Shown here: positions 14,113-25,875 of the stretch, one piece after another
How the letters are laid out: every line of letters starts with the position of its first letter
Numbering within the stretch: the stretch's first letter is position 1
Origin: Eledone cirrhosa
Taxonomy: Eukaryota
Reading direction: 5' to 3'
Length of the DNA stretch: 64,000 nt
NCBI GenBank assembly: GCA_964016885.1
Contig: OZ024747.1
Location: forward strand, 49,972,001-50,036,000
Notes under the pieces: model-generated
Database searches by the model: none
Told to the model about the DNA's origin: nothing
The model's input: the letters and a program-made list of their open reading frames with translations, nothing else
Program-made: the position numbers and the translations under genes

Positions 14113-15750
14113 CACATGCTGGGGCACTGCCATGTGTCATGTGGTAATATTTTGCACATGCTGGGGCACTGCCATGTGTCATGTGGTAATATTTTGCACA
14201 TGCTGGGGCACTGCCATGTGTCATGTGGTAATATTTTGCACATGCTGGGGCACTGCCATGTGTCATGTGGTAATATTTTGCACATGCTGGGGCACTGCCA
14301 TGTGTCATGTGGTAATATTTTGCACATGCTGGGGCACTGCCATGTGTCATGTGGTAATATTTTGCACATGCTGGGGCACTGCCATGTGTCATGTGGTAAT
14401 ATTTTGCACATGCTGGGGCACTGCCATGTGTCATGTGGTAATATTTTGCACATGCTGGGGCACTGCCATGTGTCATGTGGTAATATTTTGCACATGCTGG
14501 GTCACTGCCATGTGTCATGTGGTAATATTTTGCACATGCTGGGGCACTGCCATGTGTCATGTGGTAATATTTTGCACATGCTGGGGCACTGCCATGTGTC
14601 ATGTGGTAATATTTTGCACATGCTGGGTCACTGCCATGTGTCATGTGGTAATATTTTGCACATGCTGGGGCACTGCCATGTGTCATGTGGTAATATTTTG
14701 CACATGCTGGGTCACTGCCATGTGTCATGTGGTAATATTTTGCACATGCTGGGGCACTGCCATGTGTCATGTGGTAATATTTTGCACATGCTGGGGCACT
14801 GCCATGTGTCATGTGGTAATATTTTGCACATGCTGGGTCACTGCCATGTGTCATGTGGTAATATTTTGCACATGCTGGGGCACTGCCATGTGTCATGTGG
14901 TAATATTTTGCACATGCTGGGGCACTGCCATGTGTCATGTGGTAATATTTTGCACATGCTGGGTCACTGCCATGTGTCATGTGGTAATATTTTGCACATG
15001 CTGGGGCACTGCCATGTGTCATGTGGTAATATTTTGCACATGCTGGGTGACTGCCATGTGTCATGTGGTAATATTTTGCACATGCTGGGGCACTGCCATG
15101 TGTCATGTGGTAATATTTTGCACATGCTGGGGCACTGCCATGTGTCATGTGGTAATATTTTGTACATGCTGGGTCACTGCCATGTGTCATGTGGTAATAT
15201 TTTGCACATGCTGGGGCACTGCCATGTGTCATGTGGTAATATTTTGCACATGCTGGGGCACTGCCATGTGTCATGTGGTAATATTTTGCACATGCTGGGT
15301 CACTGCCATGTGTCATGTGGTAATATTTTGCACATGCTGGGGCACTGCCATGTGTCATGTGGTAATATTTTGCACATGCTGGGGCACTGCCATGTATCAT
15401 GTGGTAATATTTTGCACATGCTGGGGCACTGCCATGTGCCATGTGGTAATATTTTGCACATGCTGAGGCACTGCCATGTGTCATGTGGTAATATTTTTCA
15501 CATGCTGGGGCACTGCCATGTATCATGTGGTAATATTTTGCACATGCTGGGGCACTGCCATGTGCCATGTGGTAATATTTTGCACATGCTGAGGCACTGC
15601 CATGTGTCATGTGGTAATATTTTTCACATGCTGGGGCACTGCCATGTGTCATGTGGTAATATTTTTCACATGCTGGGTCACTGCCATGTGTCATGTGGTA
15701 ATATTTTGCACATGCTGGGGCACTGCCATGTGTCATGTGGTAATATTTTG
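14113..15750. repeat. 42-bp minisatellite, exactly 39 units (CACATGCTGGGGCACTGCCATGTGTCATGTGGTAATATTTTG)
   Basis: 1638 bp = 39 x 42, with no indels and few substitutions. Confidence 0.97.
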
Positions 15751-15799
15751 GTATTGACATTCAGTAGATCTTTCAGGATTAGTTTTGTTAAGAGAAATG

Positions 15800-16247
15800 T
15801 GGAGAGAGAGAGTGGGAGAGAGGGGAGAGAAAGAGAAGGAGAGCGGGTGAGAGAGAGAGAGAGGGAGAGAGGGGCGAGGGAGAGACAAAGAGAGGGAGAG
15901 CGGGTGAGAGAGAGAGAGAGGGAAAGAAAGGGAGAGAGAGAGGGGATGGAGAGAGGGTAAGAGAGAGAGAGAGAGGGAGAGCAGGGGAGAGCAAGAGACA
16001 GAGTGAGAAAGATGACACAGACAGACGAGGGGAGGGGGATGAGAGAGAGAGAGAGAGAGACACAGTGAGCTAGTGACAGAGAGAAATAGGCAGAGAGAGA
16101 GAGAGAGAATGTGAGAGACAGAGAAACAGAGAAAGTGAGAAAGAGACAGAAAGATAGATAGGCAGACAGATAGAGAGAGACAGACACAAAGAGAGAGTGA
16201 CAGAGATAGATAGGTAGATAGAGAGTGAGATAGAGAGAGAGAGAGAG
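15800..16247. repeat. (GA)-rich purine tract
   Basis: Read directly from the sequence. Confidence 0.9.
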
Positions 16248-16510
16248 TAGTAAGAATTGAGTGCTGTGAGTCACATGGGGATGAGTCACATGGGGATGCC
16301 ACTAATTGTTGTTACCTTGACTGATTATCATCAATTACTGATAACTCTACAGATCAATACACACACACACACATACACATACACAATCATATATATATGC
16401 ATGCAATCACAAACACACACACACGTATATACACATACACACACACACATTTATCAATATGTTGGTATCTATCTCATCATTTTAGTTTAACTTTTCCATG
16501 CTGGCCTGGC

Positions 16511-16569
<59 letters not shown>

Positions 16570-16686
16570 TATATATACACACACACAATCATATATATAT
16601 ATATACACGCAATCACATTTATCAATATGTTGGTATCTATCTCATCATTTTAGTTTCACTTTTCCATGCTGGCCTGGCTTATACAT

Positions 16687-16777
<91 letters not shown>

Positions 16778-16784
16778 CACACGC

Positions 16785-16931
16785 AAAACATGGGCAGAGG
16801 TGGTGAGAGCAGACCTCAGATCGCTGAGACTCACCGAGGAGATGACAAAGGACCGTGACAAGTGGAGAGATGCTGTGTTGAATAGGACCCGTCCCACCCT
16901 TGCAAGCAGGGAAAAGTGGAATTAAAATGAA

Positions 16932-16976
<45 letters not shown>
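16785..16976 (+). mobile_element. Short 3' end of a third RTE family with (GAT)n tail
   Basis: KTWAEVVRADLRSLRLTEEMTKDRDKWRDAVLNRTRPT, followed by (GAT)n. Confidence 0.75.
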
Positions 16977-17072
16977 ACACATATACACATGTATGTATAT
17001 GCAAGAGGTAAACAGAAACAACACAATCAGCACAGCACATGGAAGGAATATACTAGGTCAACGCCTGAAATA

Positions 17073-17133
<61 letters not shown>

Positions 17134-17168
17134 AAAACACACACATATATATATATATACACAAACAC

Positions 17169-17209
<41 letters not shown>

Positions 17210-17263
17210 AACACAAATATATATATATATATATATACACAAACACAAATATATATATATATT

Positions 17264-17295
<32 letters not shown>

Positions 17296-17403
17296 TATAC
17301 ACACAAACACAAATATATATATATATATACACAAACACAAATATATATATATATATATATATAAATAATAAAATAAGATGCTGAGGTTACATATAACGTT
17401 TAA

Positions 17404-17491
17404 TAATAATAATTATTTCTATGGTTCTCCATGCAATCGAGATGTCCTTCATGCATTTGCTGTTGATTATGAGAATGGTTTCCTCAGATGA
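17404..17491 (-). ncRNA. Degenerate hammerhead copy in the inverted pLTR (probably inactive)
   Basis: Minus strand reads TCAT-CTGAGGA-...-GAAAT-AATT-ATT. Stem I 3' arm and stem II are disrupted relative to 19147-19234. Confidence 0.5.
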
Positions 17492-17541
17492 AGATCGATA
17501 TATGTGATATGCCGCTGGCGGGAAAACACACATCCTAATGC

Positions 17542-17950
17542 CTGTACGCCCACCATATTGCCTCGGCAGTGGTTTAGTATATGAATGTAGGGTGAATACC
17601 AGCAACCATGCCTTCACCTATATCGGAGCCACGGCTAATAAGTTTAAGGAACGCTGGTACAATCACTGCCACACCTTTATGAGGGCGGATAAGAAGCACA
17701 GCACCGCCCTCTCGGAACTAGTGTGGCGTCTCAAACGGGATAACATAGAATTCACCATGTCGTGGTCCAAGGTAGCATCGGCTCAACCCTACAGAGAGGG
17801 TGGACATGACTCGTGCGATTTTGTGCCACCGAGATTATGGAAATAATCAAGAGGGGAGCTCGAGTTATCAATAAAAGGAGTAACCTCTTCAGCACCTGCC
17901 TCCACAGATCTTCTGGAACCTTCCTCAAACTGTACGGACTACCAACGTAG
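17542..17950 (+). pseudogene. GIY-YIG endonuclease remnant of a PLE (probably Hydra clade)
   Basis: CL..GLVYEC.V..TYIGATANKFKERWYNH..STALSELVWRLK..W, then after a frameshift C..EIMEI..INKRSNLFSTCLH. Aligns with the C-terminus of 58973-60442. Confidence 0.85.
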
Positions 17951-19146
17951 TGGTGCTAGTTGAACACTTTTGCAATCTTGTCCATGGAAGCCGGGCATGG
18001 CCACGCGGCAACCCCAGCGTCAGGCGAACCTTGGATATCTTGTTTGCAGACCCGGAGTCTCTATGTGTACTTGCTTTCTTGTCCTTTGTTCCCTATTCCT
18101 CTGTTTATTTTATGTATTTTGTCCCGTTCCTTTATTATTGTGTTCTCTATATGTATTCTTGTTTCTTCAATTTGTTCCTGTTCCTACTTTCGCTTCCCGT
18201 AACTCTCTTCCATGGCCTAACAGCCCTTTTGATAGTATTGTTGCCACTGTGGTTGGGACTGAATGCTATGATCATTGCTGGCCTTGTGCCTTCCAATGAT
18301 AGAGGAGGATTGTATTAACTGGGAATGTTTTTTATATATATAAATAGCCATCTATGTTTTCTATCCCATTTTCACCTCCTTGTTTCAACGGACTACTATT
18401 GTGGTTAGTTTAATTTTCATGGTAGCGTGGCTTTTTTCCTGTTGCCGCCGTCGCCGTGGTGGAGGTCATCGCTGGTCTTGTTGTTGTTATTGGTGTTACC
18501 AATGGCTTAATACTGACATAGTTGATACTACCACTACTGCGACGAACGGGATGGATGGGTGATGGGCGGTGTTGGTGTTTGTTGTCGCTGTCGTTGATAC
18601 CACCAACTCTGTGTACCCACCCACCTCTAAACTCCTTTTTATTGCTTTGGCGTTATCGCTGTTTACGGTCAACAGGGTGGTACCGTCACTACGACGACTA
18701 CGACCTGTATACATGACGCTGGTCTGTATTTTTGCTGTTGTTGTCGTTTGTTGGTGTTGTCGTTGTAAGTGTTTTTACTGTTGCTGTTGTTTTAGTTGTT
18801 GTTGTCAATGGGGTGATGGTATCAACACGACTATTGCGACCAGTGTGGATAACTTTGGTCGGCGGTTTGATGTTATTGTCATTGCTGTTGTTGTAGTTGT
18901 CGTTGTCGTTGTTGTTTATAGGTGGTCGTCAACTAAATGTATACCCCCCCCCCTCTCACAGCTCCTTGTGTTCCTTCAACTGTCTACTGGGTTTTGGTTG
19001 CACACGGTTATTCGTTCTTTTCGTCTTTTTTCGGTGATAGCTTTTTCTAACAAACGCGACGGCTGGCAAACCCTTCAAGGAACTCACATGTATGCTGCAT
19101 TAGGATGTGTGTTTTCCTGCCAGCGACATATCAAATATATCGATTT

Positions 19147-19234
19147 TCATCTGATGATACCGTTCTCATAATCAACAGCAAATGCAGGAAGGACATCTCG
19201 ATTGCATGGAGAACCGTGGAAATAATTATAATGA
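19147..19234 (+). ncRNA. Minimal type-I hammerhead ribozyme in PLE pLTR
   Basis: TCAT-CTGATGA-TACCGTTCTC...GAGAACCGTG-GAAAT-AATT-ATA-ATGA. Stem I is TCAT/ATGA and stem III is the palindrome ATAATTAT. Predicted cleavage after 19230. Confidence 0.7.
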
Positions 19235-19363
19235 TTAAACGATATATGTAACCTCAGCATCTTATTTTATTATTTTTATAAAATTCTCCATCTTAACTAA
19301 AACAACGAGTGTTGAGAGCTTTCTCCTGCTTACTCCTGTTTTTACCATAACAATCTTTTCCGA

Positions 19364-19407
<44 letters not shown>

Positions 19408-19670
19408 AATGTAATCTGAGTTTTTCGAATATTAATAATAATATTCGATTTGTTTGCAATTATGTAAACAGCCTCTTTTAAGCCATGTCAGTAGAATGAG
19501 CCCCTCATTCTTGATCTTGTGTTGGCATGTGAACAGAACTGCAGACACTAATGTTTCTGGGTGATAAGAGAGAGAGATATATATAAGAGAGAGATATAAG
19601 AGAGAAATATAAGAGAGAGGGAGAGATGTATATGAAAGAGAACGAGAGGGAGATAAGATATATATATATA

Positions 19671-19797
19671 TCATCATCATCATCATTTTTTGTCCGCTTT
19701 TCCCTGCTTGCAAGGGTGGGACGGGTCCTATTCAGCACAGCATCTCTCCACTTGTCACGGTCTTTCGTCATCTCCACCGTGAGCTTCTGCAATCTGA
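19671..19797 (-). mobile_element. Short RTE 3' end (same family as 16785-16976)
   Basis: QKLTVEMTKDRDKWRDAVLNRTRPTLASREK plus (GAT)n. Confidence 0.75.
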
Positions 19798-20097
19798 TAT
19801 ATATAAGAGAGAGATATGAGAGAGAGATATATAAGAGAGGGAGATAAGAGAGATGAGAGAGAGAGAGAGATGTAAGAGAGAGATATGAGAGAGAGAAAGA
19901 GAGATGTAAGTAATGAGATTAATAACAGGTCCATATTTGTTGCAATCTCTTGGAAAAGTGTTGATGCTGGTGTTTTGTGTATGATATACTTTTTTAGAAA
20001 AGTGGATGATGGAGCGCGTCTACCTGAAATGGAATATAAACCGTTTTGTATGTAAAGCTATACATGTGGTCGTGCGTATGCACGTGTGTGTTATTCT

Positions 20098-20281
20098 CGG
20101 TGGATTGGCAGTATCGGTAGAGGGTCGATCGCCATGCTTTCCAGCATAGTTACGTCCCTTTATAATCTGAGTTCAAATCCCGCCGAGGTTGACTTTGCCT
20201 TTCATCCTTACGGGTCGATAAAATAAAGTACCAGTAATGCACTGGGTAATTGCTGGCCTTGTGCCTAAAGTAGAAACAATT
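20098..20281 (+). mobile_element. tRNA-derived SINE, near full length
   Basis: A-box-like TGGCAGTATCGGTAGAG and B-box GAGTTCAAATCC. At least 5 related copies or fragments in the window. Confidence 0.85.
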
Positions 20282-20680
20282 AAATGTCCATCCAAAATGT
20301 TAAGACCCTCTTCCTACCATTTCAAGCCCATTACTTCACTGGTACTTTATTCTGTGGACACCTTCCTAAATTATTCATAAGATATAGTACCAGTCTTTTA
20401 CTGGAGTTGATTTCATAGACTAAACCCTGCCACCTCAAAATGTGTTGTCTTGTGAGTCTGTAGAAGAGACCATCTAAAGATGAAATTTAGAAGTAACTGC
20501 CTGCCACCTTTTGCTTTGAAAAATAAACATTTTACACTGTTTATAATGTATTGAGAGTTCATTCAGTTAATGTTTAACTGGTTTAAATATAAGTCATGTT
20601 TAAATATAAGTGAATTGGCAGGGACATTACAACATAAGAGAAACTGTATTGCAATATTTCTTCCTGTTCTTAATACTGAA

Positions 20681-23080
20681 ATTCCAACAAAGTCAACTTT
20701 GCCAGTCATAATTCCAGCAAGGTCACCTTCGCCAGTCATAATTCCAGCAAGGCCACCTTCGCCTGTCATAATTCCAGCAAGGTCACCTTCGCCTGTCATA
20801 ATTCCAGCAAGGTCACCTTCGCCTGTCATAATTCCAGCAAGGTCAACTTTGCCTGTCATAATTCCAGCAAGGTCACCTTCGCCTGTCATAATTCCAGCAA
20901 GGTCAACTTTGCCTGTCATAATTCCAGCAAGGTCACCTTCGCCTGTCATAATTCCAGCAAGGTCACCTTCGCCTGTCATAATTCCAGCAAGGTCAACTTT
21001 GCCTGTCATAATTGCAGCAAGGTCAACTTCGCCTGTCATAATTCCAGCAAGGTCACCTTCGCCTGTCATAATTGCAGCAAGGTCACCTTCGCCTGTCATA
21101 ATTCCAGCAAGGTCACCTTCGCCTGTCATAATTCCAGCAAGGTCAACTTCGCCAGTCATAATTGCAGCAAGGTCAACTTTGCCTGTCATAATTGCAGCAA
21201 GGTCAACTTTGCCTGTCATAATTCCAGCAAGGTCACCTTCGCCTGTCATAATTCCAGCAAGGTCACCTTCGCCTGTCATAATTCCAGCAAGGTCAACTTT
21301 GCCTGTCATAATTCCAGCAAGGTCAACTTCGCCAGTCATAATTGCAGCAAGGTCAACTTCGCCTGTCATAATTCCAGCAAGGTCACCTTCGCCTGTCATA
21401 ATTCCAGCAAGGTCACCTTCGCCTGTCATAATTCCAGCAAGGTCACCTTCGCCTGTCATAATTCCAGCAAGGTCAACTTCGCCAGTCATAATTCCAGCAA
21501 GGTCAACTTTGCCTGTCATAATTGCAGCAAGGTCAACTTTGCCTGTCATAATTCCAGCAAGGTCACCTTCGCCTGTCATAATTCCAGCAAGGTCACCTTC
21601 GCCTGTCATAATTCCAGCAAGGTCAACTTCGCCAGTCATAATTGCAGCAAGGTCAACTTTGCCTGTCATAATTGCAGCAAGGTCAACTTTGCCTGTCATA
21701 ATTCCAGCAAGGTCACCTTCGCCTGTCATAATTCCAGCAAGGTCACCTTCGCCTGTCATAATTCCAGCAAGGTCAACTTTGCCTGTCATAATTCCAGCAA
21801 GGTCAACTTCGCCAGTCATAATTGCAGCAAGGTCAACTTCGCCTGTCATAATTCCAGCAAGGTCACCTTCGCCTGTCATAATTCCAGCAAGGTCACCTTC
21901 GCCTGTCATAATTCCAGCAAGGTCACCTTCGCCTGTCATAATTCCAGCAAGGTCAACTTCGCCAGTCATAATTCCAGCAAGGTCAACTTTGCCTGTCATA
22001 ATTGCAGCAAGGTCAACTTTGCCTGTCATAATTCCAGCAAGGTCACCTTCGCCTGTCATAATTCCAGCAAGGTCACCTTCGCCTGTCATAATTCCAGCAA
22101 GGTCAACTTTGCCTGTCATAATTGCAGCAAGGTCAACTTCGCCTGTCATAATTCCAGCAAGGTCACCTTCGCCTGTCATAATTGCAGCAAGGTCACCTTC
22201 GCCTGTCATAATTCCAGCAAAGTCACCTTCGCCTGTCATAATTGCAGCAAGGTCACCTTCGCCTGTCATAATTCCAGCAAAGTCACCTTCGCCTGTCATA
22301 ATTCCAGCAAAGTCACCTTCGCCAGTCATAATTCCAGCAAGGTCACCTTCGCCTGTCATAATTCCAGCAAAGTCACCTTCGCCTGTCATAATTGCAGCAA
22401 GGTCACCTTCGCCAGTCATAATTCCAGCAAAGTCACCTTCGCCTGTCATAATTCCAGCAAGGTCAACTTCGCCAGTCATAATTCCAGCAAGGTCACCTTC
22501 GCCTGTCATAATTCCAGCAAAGTCACCTTCGCCTTTCATAATTGCAGCAAGGTCAACTTCGCCTGTCATAATTCCAGCAAAGTCACCTTCGCCTGTCATA
22601 ATTCCAGCAAAGTCACCTTCGCCAGTCATAATTCCAGCAAGGTCAACTTCGCCAGTCATAATTCCAGCAAGGTCACCTTCGCCTGTCATAATTCCAGCAA
22701 AGTCACCTTCGCCTTTCATAATTGCAGCAAGGTCAACTTCGCCTGTCATAATTCCAGCAAAGTCACCTTCGCCTGTCATAATTCCAGCAAAGTCACCTTC
22801 GCCAGTCATAATTCCAGCAAGGTCAACTTCGCCAGTCATAATTCCAGCAAGGTCACCTTCGCCTGTCATAATTCCAGCAAAGTCACCTTCGCCAGTCATA
22901 ATTCCAGCAAAGTCACCTTCGCCAGTCATAATTCCAGCAAAGTCACCTTCGCCAGTCATAATTCCAGCAAAGTCACCTTCGCCTGTCATAATTGCAGCAA
23001 AGTCACCTTCGCCTGTCATAATTCCAGCAAAGTCACCTTTGCCAGTCATAATTCCAGCAAGGTCAACTTTGCCTGTCATC
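20681..23080. repeat. 30-bp minisatellite, 80 units (ATTCCAGCAAGGTCACCTTCGCCTGTCATA), SINE-derived, with higher-order repeats
   Basis: 2400 bp with no indels. 21121-21600 = 21601-22080 and 22501-22680 is repeated at 22681-22860. Confidence 0.95.
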
Positions 23081-23273
23081 ATTTTGTTTTTCACTGCAGC
23101 TCTTCAACCTTTGAGTAACAAGTGTGCTGTCCCCTCTCTGTTTTTTCTACTGCTACAGTAATGTTTTCTGCTCATCTCCTGCCATAGCACATGCAATTCA
23201 GTCCTATCCTCCTCTCATTAGACCCCACACTAACCACTATGCTCAGTTCTTTCTGCCCACACATCACTTCTCC

Positions 23274-24751
23274 TGTTGTGGTACCAACATAACTTTACAG
23301 AGAAAGGGTGGTGTTGGTGGGAGTGGGAGGATGGAGTAGGGGTAGTGAGTTGGGGTGTATGTTTAGTTTGGAGGGGGCATACTGACTGTAGGTTAACTTT
23401 GCACGTAAGGAAGGCGGGTCTTCTGTATTATTGCGTGGCACCAAAGATCTCGATCCAGTGACATTGTCTTAGAGAGGTGCAAGTGTGCAAGGTCGGAATT
23501 TATCATGTCGTCCTAGGTTTTTCTCTGCGGATCACATGACCATACCAACGTAATCTTCTAATTTCTCACTTAGTTCATTTATGTTTTGCCGTTCACGTAT
23601 ATTACTATTACACATCCAACGGAGCCTGCATGCTTCGTTCCTTTCCACGCTGCGCAGGCCCTCTGCACACAATGCCCATGTCTCACTGTCATGTAGCATT
23701 GCTGTTCGTATACAGCATCTTTCAATCTGCCTTTCATTTTCAGAGAGAAACCTTTTGTGGCCAACAGCGGTATAAGCTCTCTGAACTTTTTCCATCCCGT
23801 TCTGACTCTGGCTACTGTACTTTCAGAGCACCCTCCACCACTGCTGATTTTGTCACCCAGGTAACGGCAAGTTTCCACTGTTTCTATAGAACCATCTGGG
23901 CAGTAGAAGGAGCTAACATCTTGTGGGCACTTGCTACTTACTGCACCTGAGTATCGGCCACACATAAAATCTACATTCTTAGATAGCTTACCTGTGATAC
24001 CACTACATCTTTTATGTACCCATACTTTGCATTTGTGACATAAAATGGAATTTCTACCTACTCCTTTCCTACACACTGAGCATGGCCATTTCCCAGAGGG
24101 TACCTGTGCCCTATTCTCCTTTCTACAAAGTAGAACTTTAGTCTTAGACAAGTTAACTTTAAGGCTTTTTTATTCTAGGCCATGCTGCCATGTTTGGAAT
24201 TTCTTCTCTAGTTCAGCCATTGATTCAGCTATGAGAGTTAGATCATCTGCATATAGAAGTTCCCATGGGCAGCCGGTCTTAAACTCTTCTGTTATAGCCT
24301 GAGGGGCAATAATAAACAGGAGGGGGCTAAGGACGGAGACTTGATGAACACCGACTTTTACGCTAAATTCTTCACTATATTCATTGTTAATTCTAACCTT
24401 GCTGACTGTATCTTTATACATGGCTTGAATAGCTCTCACAAGCCATTCATCTACTCTTAGCTTTCTAAGGGCCCAGCAGATAATGGAGCGTGAGGCTCTG
24501 TCAAAGGCTTTCTCCAAGTCAACAAAAGCTAAGTAGAGGGGTTTACTTTTAGCTAAGTACTTCTCCTGTAGTACTTTTACCTGACACAAACCCAAACTGA
24601 ATTTCATCTAGATCATTTCGATCTCTGATTAGTTGTGCTATAACTCTTTCTGTGACCTTCATGACCTGGTCAACTAACTTAATGCCTCTATAGTTACCCC
24701 TATCTAGAGCATCTCCTTTACCCTTGTAGCAGTTAACGATGCGGCTGCTAA
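23274..24751 (-). mobile_element. RTE-clade LINE, 5'-truncated, decayed (internal deletions and frameshifts)
   Basis: LAFVDLEKAFD, GVHQ.SVLSPLLF, LLYADDL, Cys finger. The 3' UTR resembles the copy at 1-1201. Confidence 0.92.
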
Positions 24752-24859
24752 TATATATATAAAAGAAAAAAAAAGGATCGATCGACTTTCGTCAAATCGG
24801 ACCGAGGAAACAATGTTTCCATCGGTCTTTCCAGTTGCTAGTACTATCTATCGGTCGCA

Positions 24860-24991
24860 ACTCCAGGTAGAAGGAGCAACGTGAAAATAAAATGTCTTGC
24901 TCAAGAACATAACGAATCGACCGGTCCAGGACTCGAACTCACAACCTCAAGATTGTGAATCCAATTCTCTAACCACTCAGCCACACGCCTT
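24860..24991 (-). mobile_element. tRNA-derived SINE head (relative of the 12180 family)
   Basis: Reverse complement reads aggcgtgtggctgagtggttagag...gagttcgagtcc...cttgagcaagaca. Confidence 0.75.
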
Positions 24992-24999
24992 CAAAAAAA

Positions 25000-25031
<32 letters not shown>

Positions 25032-25434
25032 AATATAAATTAGCGAGAATCGTTTTCAGCTCAGGAATTAACGAAAATCAACGTCCGATATGTGTGGCAA
25101 GCGCTCGATGAATCATATGAATCAGAGCTACAACATACACTGATATGATGGTTAAACATATCATCCGCACAACCAAAATCAAAACGACCAAGTAATTCGG
25201 GTCAAACAATAAAAATATATGTGTTGATACTTTCCCGGACCCTGGACTGATGGTAAAATCCAGTATTGGTTTCTGCGACTCCAAATCAGGTACTGTCCGC
25301 CTACATAAAGAATGTTGGGCTTCTGGTGAGATGATGAACAAGGCAGTCGTGTTTTCAACGGGTTTTGCTCCAATATGCTATAGATAGTGTAGCTATTACT
25401 GACCCCTCGTGGGATTCAGCAAGGGAGGTAACAC

Positions 25435-25471
<37 letters not shown>

Positions 25472-25478
25472 AGGAGCT

Positions 25479-25570
25479 TCTACAGGACTAGTACTGTTTC
25501 ATTCATACTCTACAGGACTAGTACTGTTTCATTCATATTCTACAGGACTAGTACTGTTTCGTTCATACTC
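25479..25570. repeat. 30-bp tandem triplication inside a ~160-bp TA-flanked island (25472-25630)
   Basis: tacaggactagtactgtttc(a/g)ttcata(c/t)tc x3. Confidence 0.9.
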
Positions 25571-25628
25571 TGCCATGTATTGAGTACCTTACTTACTGTG
25601 GTTATCCCCGACTCAACCCGGGACCTAC

Positions 25629-25687
<59 letters not shown>

Positions 25688-25834
25688 ATTAAAATACTAG
25701 AGTGCATTGGAGTTAAACACACTCGTCGTATTAGAGAAATGACAGTATAGGATATAGCTCAATGTTATCCAACAGAGTCGAAAAATTATAAAAAATAAAC
25801 AAAGAAGCCTTCAATACATCAAAAGTCTTTATTA

Positions 25835-25875
25835 GCTGACAGTGTTTCGTCCCATTAATAAGGACTCATCAGAGC
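25835..25875 (-). ncRNA. Minimal type-I hammerhead ribozyme (inverted copy)
   Basis: Exact reverse complement of 28721-28761. Confidence 0.85.

Larger units (their letters stand above)
17362..19363 (+). mobile_element. Penelope-like element, 5'-truncated: inverted partial pLTR, GIY-YIG remnant, 3' pLTR
   Basis: 17364-17541 is an imperfect inverted copy of 19097-19274. GIY-YIG sequence starts right after it. Flanks are TA/CA microsatellites. Confidence 0.85.

Noticed and set aside
14113-15750. CRISPR-like periodicity in the 42-bp and 30-bp arrays
   Set aside because: No unique spacers, no cas genes, and a eukaryotic context.
16447-16681. ~65-bp direct duplication between CA runs
   Set aside because: Simple microsatellite-mediated duplication.
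20563-23161. 843-aa and 863-aa repeat ORFs on opposite strands
   Set aside because: The unit derives from a SINE, and the 30-bp period keeps frames open by chance.
25390-25436. HDV-like ribozyme resemblance (CCCCTCGTGGG)
   Set aside because: Could not build the P1/P2 nested pseudoknot, and the L3 length is wrong.
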